The position numbers and the translations under genes are program-made. A stretch of 64,000 nt of DNA from Lepidodermella squamata (taxonomy: Eukaryota; Animalia; Gastrotricha): the NCBI GenBank assembly GCA_047495785.1, contig JBLDXI010000003.1, positions 248,001-312,000 on the forward strand. The letters run 5' to 3'. A model generated the notes under the pieces. That model saw only the letters and a list, made by a program, of their open reading frames with translations, made no database searches and was not told the DNA's origin. The first letter of the stretch is position 1, and each line of letters begins with the position of its first letter. This document shows, piece after piece, positions 45,101-57,305 of this stretch.

Positions 45101-46741
45101 TGAAAGTGAAATGGTCGAAAACAACTCGGTGGCTAGTCAAAATGGATCCGCGAACTGTCTTAGACAATCGCGTGTCCTCTATGTGCCGGTGCCTGGTCTG
45201 ACATGTATTTTTATTGATATTATTTTCTGCCTTTAATTTAATTTGTATGTCAACTGAGGACAAATAAAAAAGATGTTCGTTCGATTTTCGTTCGGTACCA
45301 AATTAGACTGTTACCGGAACCAAATTTTGAAATGTTCAATGGGCACTTTTTGAAACCTCCAAGGATTTTGTGATTGATACCTAAGCTACATTTAGAATAC
45401 CGTATTAGGAAAACAGTGAAATCACGCAATTATTTCAGGCGGCTTTTCGAGAGAGGCAATTACTAACTCCGAAACATCACATCATCACTTGAATCATGCC
45501 AATACGTTGATAGGAGCAGCTTCTAAACGGCTTGCCAGGTTGAGCTGCCTACAACTTTTTATGCAGAAGTGACTGCGCAGTCGAAAAAGCTATTTCTAAT
45601 CATTTCAGGCCATATGATTTTCCAGGCTTCAGCTTATTAGAGGCGGGCTAGGTATCATTAACCTGGACCAGGAATTTATGTGAATTTTAAAGACTTTGCC
45701 AATGTTGGCTAACTCGACGAGTTAATTTCCCTCGGGCATTGTAACTAGCAAACGGGAAACTCAAATGCACTTACGATTGAATGTTTCCAATGACAACCAT
45801 CTGCGTTTTTCCGACGAACTAATAAAAAATCCATCATGCACAGTGGAAATGACGGTAGGTGGCTTTTTTACCGGTTTCACAAAATTTGCCAGTTCATATA
45901 GAGTCACGCCAAACGACCACACGTCACAGGGGCGCTGATAGTCGTTAGTCTCGATGTAGTCCGGAGCTGCGTAGTCCCAAGAAGCTACACTCAGCGTGTA
46001 CTTCGTCGTTGCAGCCCTGCGCGAAAGTAATAAGGTTTAATTCATCGAAATAATGAAGCCAGCGGCAATAATAGCTGAAAAGAGCTAACTTACTCGTCCA
46101 AATTTTTGGCTATGCCAAAATCGCCGAGTTTGGCCGCTCGCCCTTCATGGCTTAGGAAAATGTTTTTCGGCTTGATATCCCGGTGAACGATGCCGTTCTC
46201 GTGCAAGAACTTCAACGCCGACGCTAATTGTCTAGCCCAGGATTGCAGTTGCATCTCGCTGATCTTTTCGCGCCCTGTTCCGATTCGACTGTCCAGGTCT
46301 CCGCCCTCGCAGTGCTCCATGACCAGGTAGTACATCTGGCATTCTTTTTTGAAGCTGTCCTCGCCTGAGTATTGCTCTGAATTGAACCCAAATAATGTGA
46401 TGAGTTTGCTAACGCAAAAAAAGCTTTCCTACCTTTGAATGCACAAAATATCTGCACAATGTTGGGGTGACGCAGTTTTTCCAACTTGGAGTGCTGCAAA
46501 GCGAGAAAACTCCAAGTTTTTCATGTGCCTCCATGTATGTATCACTTACCTCGTCGCAGCTGATTTTAACAAGTTTCCTAGCTTGGTTTTCATCGCTGCA
46601 AGTCCGTTCCAACTGAGTGAGGTTAACTTCCTTGACAACATAATTCTCATAGGTCGTTGCCTTTCGGCACAAGTAGACCGTGGCAAAGCCGCCACGGCCT
46701 AAGACTGTCCACGTATTGAACTCGCGTGCTGATTTGAACAT
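42193..46741 (-). CDS. NEK-like Ser/Thr kinase fused to C-terminal ankyrin array (copy 1, 649 aa, 5 near-identical internal repeats)
   Basis: Exons 46741-46550, 46493-46433, 46376-46094, 46016-45872, 45818-45775, 43583-43313, 43146-42193; phases 0,1,2,0,2,0 consistent; total 1950 nt. Motifs LGRGGFATV, VVKE, HPNIV, HRDIKPKNIFL, KLGDFGIAK, YAAPD, DVWSFG, RPT. Confidence 0.87.
43680..44345. mobile_element. Foldback MITE in kinase intron 5 (also in copy 2, ~58580-59207)
   Basis: ~150-bp imperfect inverted arms gagcaatttgcca...ttttgtagcaaaa / ttttgctacaaaag...tggcaaattgctc. Confidence 0.7.
44401..44950. mobile_element. piggyBac-like MITE (internally deleted version at 59264-59530 in copy 2)
   Basis: ccctttcac ... 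gtgaaaggg|ttaa termini. Confidence 0.65.
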
Positions 46742-47374
46742 TTCTCCTACTTCTCGAAGCTAACAAAAATTGTACTTGTGTTAATAAGTCGAAAATTGCC
46801 AGAGTGAAAGTTGACTTTGTTTATGATAAGTTGCCGTTTTGTGGGCAGGTTCCTGTCACTTTTTCATAGTCAAGAATGTCGAGGCGCAGAGATAACAATA
46901 AATGCGAGAAGGAAAGAACTATTTCCAGCAGCCATTGAACCTGGTCGCCGTGTGCCCACGCTTCGGTGGCTGCCGGTGATACACCCCGTGGTTGTTGCTG
47001 ATAAATCTCCATTCCTCGGAAATTATTTCTCTTATCTGAACGCAAACAGCGGACGAATGCCGCGCTTATTCTCGAGATAAATTTCCTAAATATTTATGCG
47101 CAGACCGGTACAAGGTTGGCGTGCAGTCTTTAGGCTTCTAAGACAGCATTTATTTGACGAAAAAGAGCTGATGCACTGAATAGAAGGAAACGAGTGGAAT
47201 ATTCGACTATCTTTCCGTTGGCATCCAATAATTAGCACATAATATACAGGGATCTAAATCTTGTAAGTATCGTTGTATGCGCTATTCCGAGTTATTTATA
47301 TTAGTCTAAAATCCAAAACCAACCAATTGAAATTTCGAAGTCAAAATTAAATTCCTTGCCTCTATAAGTCAATG

Positions 47375-48194
47375 TCACTCTTCAGTTAGCACAGCTTTAT
47401 GGCTAGCGATTAATTTCTTGTGAAGCTGCTGCAAATCAACCTCCGTGCTATCCGCTAGATCGGCCATGTCACGGCTGAACGAGCAAACTCGGCCCATGGA
47501 TTTGATGATTTCAATTGCACCAGCTGCATCGTAAATCTTCTGAGCCTTGTCTACGAATTGAACGATTTTCGGCAGCTGACTTTCCGCGTCCTTGACTATG
47601 GCTTCGACTGGCGTGTTGTTAAGGTGCTTTTCAATATCCGCCGTGAAATCGGCCAGCTGCCTTGCTAGAAATATCGATCTCTTCAACTTCTCTATATCAA
47701 TGGCAATGCATTCACATTTTCAGTGGAATTTAAATGAGAATTTAAAGTCAACCTTTCCAGACTAATCTTATTTCGATATTCAACCTTTTCGCAGAGGTTT
47801 TAAATTAAATTAAAAAACAATTAAAATAAATCAATATAAATTTGAATCGATCAAAATCAAATCAAATCAAATCAAAATCAAAATCAAAAATAAATTTGAA
47901 TCGAGAAAAGTTCCGAAAGCAAACCTAAAAGCTAGGTATTTACACAATTTTGATGTTGGTTGAAATTACCGCGGTGAGATTCGAAATTAATTCGTCGATT
48001 TTCGTGCACTTGGTAATTTGCGGCAGCGTTTTGGCCTTATTTTTGGCCAAGTTTTGCCGAGCCAATCCGTAATCCGTCAGCGGGTCAATGACGTGATTTT
48101 CAACAGGTTTTTGCATTAATTTTGAGGCATTAATTAGGCCGCATAAAAACAAGGTGAAACAAAATATGGCAAAGATTTCCACTCGCGATCGCAT
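47375..48194 (-). CDS. Orphan secreted helical protein, family member 1 (copy 1, ~199 aa)
   Basis: Signal MRSRVEIFAIFCFTLFLCGLINA. Exons 48194-47944, 47784-47753, 47691-47375 give an open 600-nt frame; the structure is conserved in copy 2. Confidence 0.65.
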
Positions 48195-48424
48195 TTTAAA
48201 ATACTGAAAACAGGATAAAAATTAAAAAAATTCCGAAAAAATTGGATTTTATATTTTCCATGCGAAGCTGGGCTGATGATACTGGCACCATTATGTCGTT
48301 TTTTACAACGTCTATCGCTGTTGTGTGCAATCAGGCGCCGGAAGTTATGATTCTAACACGACTTGGATTCACGAATTTTTCCGCTTTTGAAAAAGTTTCC
48401 CATCAAATTTGTTGATTGGAAATA

Positions 48425-50203
48425 CAGTGCTCCCTCGATAAAAGCACTGGGTCGGGAGCCAGACGCGGTCTTTAAACAAGGGAAAGCTATAACGAGGGCT
48501 GTAATTGAATGCAGGAGCTAAAAATAGACCGTTTCTAAGTCTTAAGACAGTTGCCATAGCAAAGCGCTAAAAGAGACGGACACAGATTATGTGTAATTGC
48601 AAAATTTGCTCGCTGAAGGCTGTTAAACAATAACGCGATGAGTCATAAATTCGTCGACAATTTTTCCTTTCCTTAGTTAAGGCGTGATTTGACTGGTTAG
48701 CCATTGTTTTAACTCTGATTTTCAGTCCTGCCTGGGATTAACGAACTCACTATAAAAACAGAAGCTGGAATCGCATTATTTCAATGTACTTCAATTCGCC
48801 AGCTAGTCTGATTAAAATCGCAAAAAAATTCATTCAAAATCACAGCTTAAACAATTAATCACCTTGGTCAAGATTGACCAGAATACTTCTGAATAAATCA
48901 CCAGCAAATTCAGCCTAACCTTCTCAAGACAATGCAGCGTTCAATTCAGAACTCATGCTTCGCCTAAAATTCGTAGAATTATTTAAAAAAAAATACTAAT
49001 TAATATGAAATTTGAAAAAATTATGATGAAATATGTATTTTCGATAATTTTTTCGCGGTTAACCTGACTTTTTCTTTTTTAAATTCATGGCATTGAGCAA
49101 TCACGGACCAATTTCAAGGCATAAGACGTGCGTTTCCGTCAAGAGGGTACGATTCGATAGGTGTTTAGTTTGAATGGAATAAATTTGTATCTTCTCAGGC
49201 GTGATCTGATTTGCATTCGACTGGCCTATTAGGATCAGAGCAAGGTACAAAATCGGGCAGAAGCTCCCGCCGCCCCTCCTCGGGATGTTGCGATTTTCAA
49301 AGTCAAAATCGAATGATTAACAGTTGTGAAAAAAAAACCCGGAAAATTGCCAGGGCGTTGAGCAATGAAATTGTAGAGTAGTGGCAGCCAGTTTCGTGGT
49401 AGATCAGGCCTATAGACTATCGAAAATCGGCTAATAATTCCGATAACTTAGGACAACTGGAACGAATGAAAACGATCTAATTTTATGAGAATAAATCCAC
49501 GTATCGGAATTAAAATAAATCTTAAAACAAGGACGTGATTCTTCATGATTACGCAACACAGCCGGGAACAAAATAGGGGAAAACTTTCTTAAAAAACACG
49601 ATTTATATCCTAATTTGATCATGCTAATAATGCCGGTAAATTTCAAGAGATTTTCTGGCCGGGAAAAAGCTAAAAAAATGAAAAATAAGGGCAATCCAGA
49701 TGAGCCTTTTAGTTTTGATCAGCAATTGACCTGAGGAAAAATCTGCAAATCAAGAAGATAGAAGATTGACGGGCATTCTTATAGTTGGTGAAATGAATTG
49801 CTGATTTTGTCTGATAAACTGGCGTAATTTCTGATGGAAAAGTTTAACGAAAAAGCAAGACGACTCGCAGCACGACTTGAGTGGCAGCTAATCCACGCAC
49901 TCTGTTGCATAATCACAGTCATTTCAAAGCCACAAGAACAGCTTAATGAACTGCTTATCTTTCAACTCGTTTGAACTAACCTTGAAATAACTGGATCTCT
50001 CAAAACCACGACACCGCGCCGCTATTAGGTTTCCAGGAACGCTTTATTATTTTAATTTTTCACGCTTAATTCTTTTAATTTATCGAATAATTATTTTTTG
50101 TTTAATTAAAAATTTACAAATAATTTATTTAGCAGGGTCCAAAATTACGGTCTATAAACGAGGGAGTTCTTTTAAGGAGGGTGCCACTAACGAGGGAGCA
50201 CTG
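48425..50203. mobile_element. Second copy of the 1.76-kb TA-flanked DNA transposon (absent from duplication copy 2)
   Basis: TA|cagtgctccctcg...cgagggagcactg|TA; the empty site gattggaaaTAgtgagatg is at ~63002. Confidence 0.92.
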
Positions 50204-50575
50204 TAGTGAGATGAAAGTTATCACTAAAATCAATTAAAATAATTGCTATAATCTCGAGAAAGTTCGCGATAGAAATTAGATAAGGTAATAATAGGGCCAA
50301 AACCTATATTGAAACATTTTTAATTTTTCACCAGCCAACAATTTGTCCTGAACTGACTGGAAATGCTTCAATTTCAAACATTTGAGGCTTTGTATAATTT
50401 CTTTCTGGCCTAATGAAACGCTTGAATTTCAAAAATATTTCGCTTACTCTTTTTTCTCGTTTTTACTACAACAGTGTTTTACTCAGTGATGAAAATGATG
50501 TGAAAACAGAGCCTGTAACAATATGAAAAGGTGTTCAATGCTTGTAATAATGTAAAAAATCATGTCATTCATCGA

Positions 50576-51257
50576 TTATGACCGCTTATATTCGTCTCGA
50601 AAGTCGCGTTCCGCTCGGCCTTCGAAGAGAACTTTCTGGCTCTCCTTCAAATTGTCTCGCCGCTTCTCAATATCAGCCGCTACGCTGTCGGCCTTGCGGA
50701 TTTTCGCCTGTTCATCGGTCACGGTCGACGTAGCCCGCCCGGCTGCCACGTCGTCATACGCCTGTCTCGCGCCGCTGAATAGCGACTCCAGCTTGCCATG
50801 CTGATTCTTAGCATCCCGGGCGATCGACTCAGCTAAGATGTTCTTCAGGTAGGCGACGACGCGGTTGCCGAACTCAACCAGCTTGTCCAGCGATTCGCGC
50901 GAAAAAGTTGGAAACAGCTTTAAAATTTTTCAAAATTTTGTTATTTCAATTTTAATATCGATAACTAAAATTTAGCGCGCCTCGTCCGACATATGCGCCG
51001 CCGACTTTTCCTTGTTGGCGTGCCACTTGGCGGCGATCCACGCTCGCACCGGGTTGATGACCTTTTCCTTGAGCGGCTCCTCGATGTTGCGCGAGAGCCA
51101 CGAGTCCAGCGACGCCAGGAATCCGCGGCGTTGGCGCATCAGCACCGAGCACGGCCGCATTGTCGCCGTAGTCTTCAACGGCGGCTGATGCTGATCCGAA
51201 TGCCGCCAGCATCACGGTGGAGCCAACGAGGCAAATCGCCAATTTTTCGAAATGCAT
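50576..51257 (-). pseudogene. Orphan secreted helical protein, family member 2 (frameshifted; probable pseudogene)
   Basis: Signal MHFEKLAICLVGSTVMLAAFGSASA. A 1-nt frame change near 51147 leads into GC3-rich RQRRGFLASLDSW...DE. Only a GC donor at 50980. Exon 50917-50576 is open (LFPTFSRESLDKLVEF...EYKRS*). Confidence 0.6.
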
Positions 51258-51516
51258 CGTTTTCGTGGGTAAAAATTGCGATTTTTTGAACGCTGATTGT
51301 AACAGGTACCTCCTGTTTTGCGTGATTTCTTGGCCATTAACAAATTGCACGATAGGCTATCGATGGAAATTTCTTCCCAGAAACAGCGACTTTTCCTTCA
51401 AATTTGACGAGGTTTTCAAATTGTTTCATTTCATGAGAAGTTACAAGAAAAATTTGCCCTCAGCAATGGAAATTTGTCATTCTTACGTTTATATCAGATG
51501 AGAAAAAGAATAACTA

Positions 51517-52836
51517 GGTACGTTTCTTTATCTCCAACAGAGATGAAATTATTAACAAAACAAGCCATAAACAGACCATTTCTTTATTTTTGTTGAAATT
51601 ATTAGTTCAACAAGAACGCATTTCTTTACTCGGTTTATTGTTAAAGCTACTAACAAAATCAAGTGGCGTTTCATTCATTAAACATGTTTTTTGCCCGAAA
51701 TTACCAACCACTCGTCGAGTCGTTTTTGGAGCGATTTTTTTTAAGTCCTACGCATCAAGACCTAGCCCAGCGAAGGCAAAAAAAGAAAAAGACCTAATTT
51801 TTCCAAGTTATGCTTGATGATTCATTATACCAAGCATCAAACCTATTAATTCATGGGCGTGCGACATTTCAGCAGGAGACAAAACCGCAGGCAATTTTTT
51901 GATATGGATGCGATTTTGTGACAATTTGAGAATATTGCGAGTGCAAAATAGTGCGAAATCGTTATTCGGCGACATTTGCGCTGGCGACAGTCCAGCAAGG
52001 GACATATAGGTCTTAATTGACAGACAAAATGCGAGCTCAGTTTAAATACAAGTTCGGATCAAAATTATCAAATTCTGATGACATTTCGGCCAATTTGCCT
52101 TATAGTCGTCAGCTGAAGTGTCGTCAAATAATCAAATTTTTTTTAAATTATTAATTAGTTTTACTTTTAATTCAAAGCATAATGCGAGCGTGGCCCTCAG
52201 TGATTACATTATAATATAAGTGAGGCTACATTGCTTATTTGTCACCTGCGAAAATGTCGCCAAAAAGAGAATCGTCTTATTGCAAGAGAGCTGAGAGCTG
52301 TCTCCACCTTCGAGTCTGAAAAGTTGCATTTCGTCTTGATTTGGCCAAGCGCTTCACATCGGGCTGATTTGACCCGGCTGAAATGTCGGCACTAATTATA
52401 TTAGGCTATAAGCGCTGATTTTCAATATTTCCTGCTGATTTCCTGCTGCTATTGAAAATTTGACAAATTAACCGATTGAAACATGATGACCCTTAATATC
52501 GACTGAAATTTTAGTTGGCCCAAGGCCAAATTATACAACCTGTCTAAATATTACCTATTCTATTGAATTCTCAGGTCGCCATGGCAGCTACATAGCTAAC
52601 CATTTCTTTATCGATTTAATCTAATAACAAAATCAGAGTGTTTCATTTGATAAGCGAGATTTTGTTAATGCAAAAAATCGAATAAAGAAATGCCTCTGAT
52701 TATTGTTTTTGCTACTAACAAAATCAGAATAAAGAAATACTCACTGTCGGTTGTTTTTAGCATAAATGGATAAAGAAATGGTCTTTGTTTTTTGCCTTGT
52801 TTTCAACAAAATCTGTTGATAATAAAGAAACGTACC
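51517..52836. mobile_element. TIR element (~1.3 kb)
   Basis: ggtacgtttctttat...agaccatttctttat / ataaagaaatggtct...ataaagaaacgtacc. Confidence 0.7.
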
Positions 52837-53488
52837 CACCGATTGCAATGTTACGTCTCAAAAATGTTACCGGCTAAAGCTGATCGACGGCTTCGAAGAT
52901 TCTGCAGGCTCCGAGGAGTTTCTAAAATCAACGACTCTAATGACCGCGTCAATGCACGGTCTGAATTTGGCGACTGCCCTGGGCGAAATCCAATAATTTT
53001 GGCAAATTTGAAGGATACTGAGGTCGTTTTCGACAAAACAACCGCCATGCTGAAGCCAGTTGTTCTTCGCAAGAAGAAGTGGAATGCGGAGAAAGATGAG
53101 TACGAGTTTGTTGACGAAAATGAGATGAAAAGTCAGTCCGGCGAGTCTTACTGATGCTATCTAATTGCGCTAAACGCCGTTGTGGCGATTTTGGAAAAAT
53201 GCGGTTTCCGATATGTACTGATGCATCAGTGCGAGCTGATCTGCATGCTGATACTGATACTGTTTTATTTTGCAATTCGTCTTTCAACATTTAGCGATGA
53301 GGAATTAACAATACGTTAAATCATTTTTCGAACCTTTCGAACCTACCTTTCGAACTGGTAGGCATACTCAACTAACAAAAAATTCGTTAGCTCGCTTCAG
53401 TTCATACCACTTAGTCCCATCATTAACAAACTCGTTTACCAATTTGGATTTTAGCGTCATCAGTGTCCAGTTTTGTGATCTAGCGCCT

Positions 53489-53760
53489 CTACAGGTCTTG
53501 AGCCACGATGTCACATATTTCTATTTCGCGACATTGAAGTTCTCGGGCTCTGGGCCATTGATCCGGATTATCAGAAAAGCTGAAATAAAAAACACCGCTG
53601 ATTTTAACAAATTTGAAATATCCTACTGCAGTCGACATTTCGAAACAGGCGCTTCTTTCGTTCCAAATCAGATTAATTACGGAAAATCCTCGCTCGCATT
53701 CTGCATTGTCAATGGGTATTATTGCCAACTTTTCGAACAGCATCGACAACGTTGGGCCGA
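53489..53760 (-). mobile_element. hAT transposase C-terminal dimerisation-domain fragment
   Basis: LAIIPIDNAECERGFSVINLIWNERS matches the hAT P.S.A.CER.FS motif. Confidence 0.7.
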
Positions 53761-54199
53761 CTTTAGCTGCTGCACTGTGACCACTTTATCTCTCAGCCAA
53801 ATCGTTCCAAAGGCAAAAGGCTGAGCTTAACTATGAATTATTGCTTTAAAACAGTGTTACTCGTTTGGAAAATTCGAGCAAATTCGCCGATATCGGAGCT
53901 TCCGTAAATCGCCAAACTATCAATTTTCGGCCAGCTTTCAGGTCTTTTGCAGCAAATCCCGGGCCTCCGCGGGTGAAACAATCATTAAAACCGATGAGCA
54001 GCTCGTTCATGAATTTATCACTACACAAGAAAAAAATGTTCCTCTCTTGTCGCACCTACCTCTTTGAGATTGGGCAGAAATTCACCCAATTCCGCACCGG
54101 TCGGTGTTATTCTTTTTCTCATCTGATAAAAACGTAACAATAAGAAATTTCCATTGCTGAGGGCAAATTTTTCTTCAGACTTTTCAATTCCTGAATTTT

Positions 54200-56150
54200 T
54201 TTTGAATTCCGGCGTCGGAGCAGTCCGCCTCGCTGTCGGAGTGCCTCGCCTGCGCGAGTCGCAGCGAGGACGACGACTACGAGATCAACGAGTGCCGCTT
54301 CTTCAACTTCCGCAAACTGACGACCCGGGCGAGCGCGCGCATGGCGGCCGTCGCCTCGCCCTGTGGCAGTGCGCCGGCTTCACGGACCAGGGCGACGTGA
54401 CGCCGCTGGACGCTGGACTGAGGCGAGAGGGCGACGTCGCTCGACTCGTCGTTGTCCGCCGCCCAGGGCAAGGACGAAGACAGCATCGTCCTGCGCGTGC
54501 TCGAGCGCATGCGCGGTCCGTTCCTCGAGATTTCGAAATCGGAGATGGGCTGCGGGGCATCGAGGCGAGCGGGGCGCAGCTGGCATGGCGGCGGCGCGAG
54601 CACGGCGTCAAGGAGCAGTGCGACACTTCAACGCACTTGTTGCCCGGCTCGCTCATCGCCACCGAGTGTCTGCGCACGCTGGTCGAGCGTGTGGCGAGGC
54701 TGGCCAAACCGCGGCTGGGCGACGAGTTCGATGATGTGAACCTCGAGCTTATGAAACACGGCTCAAGGTGGTCGTATCGATTCGCCAAACCGGGAAGGAA
54801 CACATCGAAGAAAAATCGTGGAAAAATCGAGAAAAAAATCAATGTTAACCCTGCATGGATGTTAACGAATTTTTATTTTAAAATGTAAAAAATGTAAGTT
54901 TTGATTAATTTTGGTTCAGAAAGAAATGTAAAGAGAAGATCCAGGGGCGGTTTGGAATCTTTAAAATTTCAAATGAAAAAATCAACATGGCTTCAATTGA
55001 AATTAAATTAAATTTTTAATTGTTGGTAAATAATTCAAACATTCAAAAATGAATCGGAGGTCATCGTCGGAAGAATTTGAAAATTAAACTGAAAATTGAT
55101 TTTTTGCGAATTCATTCAAAATTTCAAATAAATTCAATTTGTTATTGGATGTTTTTATTGGGTCCCCCACAGAGTAGCAGGCTTCAAATAAAGCACAGAG
55201 CAACAAATGGTGCAAACACCAGATTAAATGGCAACAAATCACAGAAGCATTAAAGTGAAATAAAAAACGTGTTTACTCGATTTTTTTGAGTGCGCGCGGA
55301 CACACGTGTTACGCAATGCGTTGCAAGTCATGCTCGTGTGTGCATGTCTTTAAAATAGCGCATGAACATGATGATTGCTCATTCGTTTTATTTGATTTAT
55401 TTGACTATTTGATGGCATTTCAAAACTTCATTCTTTAAACTGCTTACTGCTATTATTTTGATGGCTAAAATCGTCGCCAACCTGAAAATGCTGCTAGCGA
55501 TGCTCCTCCGGCCAATCTAGGCCGGGGTCGGCCACCGAAGAATGCTGGTGCAGTTTCAGAGCAACCAATGAAACGTGGCCGCGGTCGCCGCCGTGAAACC
55601 CAACGCAGCTGTTACGAGCAGTCTGAAAAAGCGGCGCGCGCAGAATAAGACTATGACGTCCGATTGTGAAATTGTGAAAAACTTTGCTGAAATGCCATGT
55701 AATTTTGTTACATACCTGGATAGCTTGATCGCTTAAATCTTAAATCTCAATCTCAATATTAAATCTCAATAAAATAAATAAAATCGCAAGCAAATAAAAA
55801 ATGTTTCACCCGGTTGCGCACCTCAAAAAGTGGTCCTAATTGCTTCGCAAAAATCACTACTTGCATGCCACCAACATTAAGCAGCTTTGGTTTAACACGG
55901 TGTTAATCTAATTAATAACGTTTATTTTACTTTGAAGCCTTTTTTAATTTACATGGAAGCCATACTGCTTTGAAGCGTTTAATTCGAAGCCTGCTATTAA
56001 ATTTTCCCTACTTTGTAGGGGACCCGTTTTTATTTGGTTTTGCTCTAGATGACGACGCCAATCCACGACCAGACGTGGTACCTGGACGACGCGATGCTCG
56101 CCGAGCTTGCGCAACCGCCTTTCAACGTCGCCTTTGACTCCCGCTTCAAG
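54200..56150 (+). pseudogene. KDM3/JMJD1-like fragments (duplication copy 2)
   Basis: SECLAC...ECRFFNFRKL (KDM3 CRECRL...CRFFHFRRL), LAWRRREHGVKEQCD (VAWKRAVKGVREMCD), LLPGSLIATECL, and exon ~56049-56150 TTPIHDQTWYLD (KDM3 DPIHDQSWYLD). Frameshifted. Confidence 0.72.
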
Positions 56151-57305
56151 GTGAAAAAATGAGAAAATAATCGTGCGCAGAAAATTGAATAGAATATAGT
56201 TTTTTATTTCTGGAAAAATAAACAACATTCGCTTTGCCAAATCTCGCAAAAGTGAACAAGAGAAAATTGAAATTTTGTTTAATTTTCAACTTCGCAAATC
56301 TAAGTAAGTCGATGCTTGGTAATCAAGTACGCCAGTTGTTAAAAGAATTAAAAACGTCCGGAGACATTTTGTCCAACGGGGTAAAATACCGAAAATTACC
56401 GAACCAGTTACTTTTGGGATTTTCCCGGTTTTCTCCGGTAAATTTTTATTTCTTCGGTTGAATCGCATATTAAAGTCGGACTATACTCTCGGTAGCGTGA
56501 ATTTGAATAAATTATTTGAATTTCCTAATAAAAAATTCCCAAATGAATAAATAGTCGCGCAATTTTTGGGACACGCTGTATTTATGACAATTTTATGATT
56601 TAAATTGGATAATCCGCACGATGATGGCGCTTGTTTTATCAGTCAATTTTATCAGTCGATTTTAATTTGCTGCAAACAATTAAAGGTTTTAATGTTACCT
56701 ATTAATTTATGAACTGAATCATTTCTGTTTCATCCTGCTATGGCTATAACTTTCAGTCTGTCGAGTTTTATTTCCTATATGAAAATCGAAATGAAAATCG
56801 ATCATCTCACTTTTCAAATTTGAATTCGTAAATCCTCCCCACAAATATTTCTCGCAATAACAATCCGCTTGATGTGAATGTTTTTGTTTAACGAGCAGCA
56901 GCCGAATTAATTATCGAATCGGCCTCGAAACTGAAGAGCGCGGTCAGCTAATTCAACAATTATCTGCAATAATTTGTGCAAATAATTTCCGATTTGTTTC
57001 CACGTGCTCGAAGTGGCTGAAAGTGGCGTTCTCGCAATCTTGATGGCTTCCAGCCTAGTTCAGCCGTTTAGAACTACGTAAATAACTTGCTATTATCAAC
57101 TATAAAATACGGTAAGATGCAAAAATTCGAACGAAGAAATTATTTAGGCGCTGTTTGGAATTGAGCGAACAGCCGGTGTCGATCGCAGATGTTTTGATAA
57201 ATTCAAACTCAACGTTATTTAATAAATAACAGCGATTTATTTTCGCTGCGGTAACTTATTTCTGTGACTGTGAAATGCGAGAATTCAATGCAAGCTAATT
57301 CAGTT

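Noticed and set aside
54154-54888. 244-aa GC-rich ORF as an intact gene
   Set aside because: The KDM3-like motifs are spread over different frames; the ORF is a by-product of a frameshifted pseudogene
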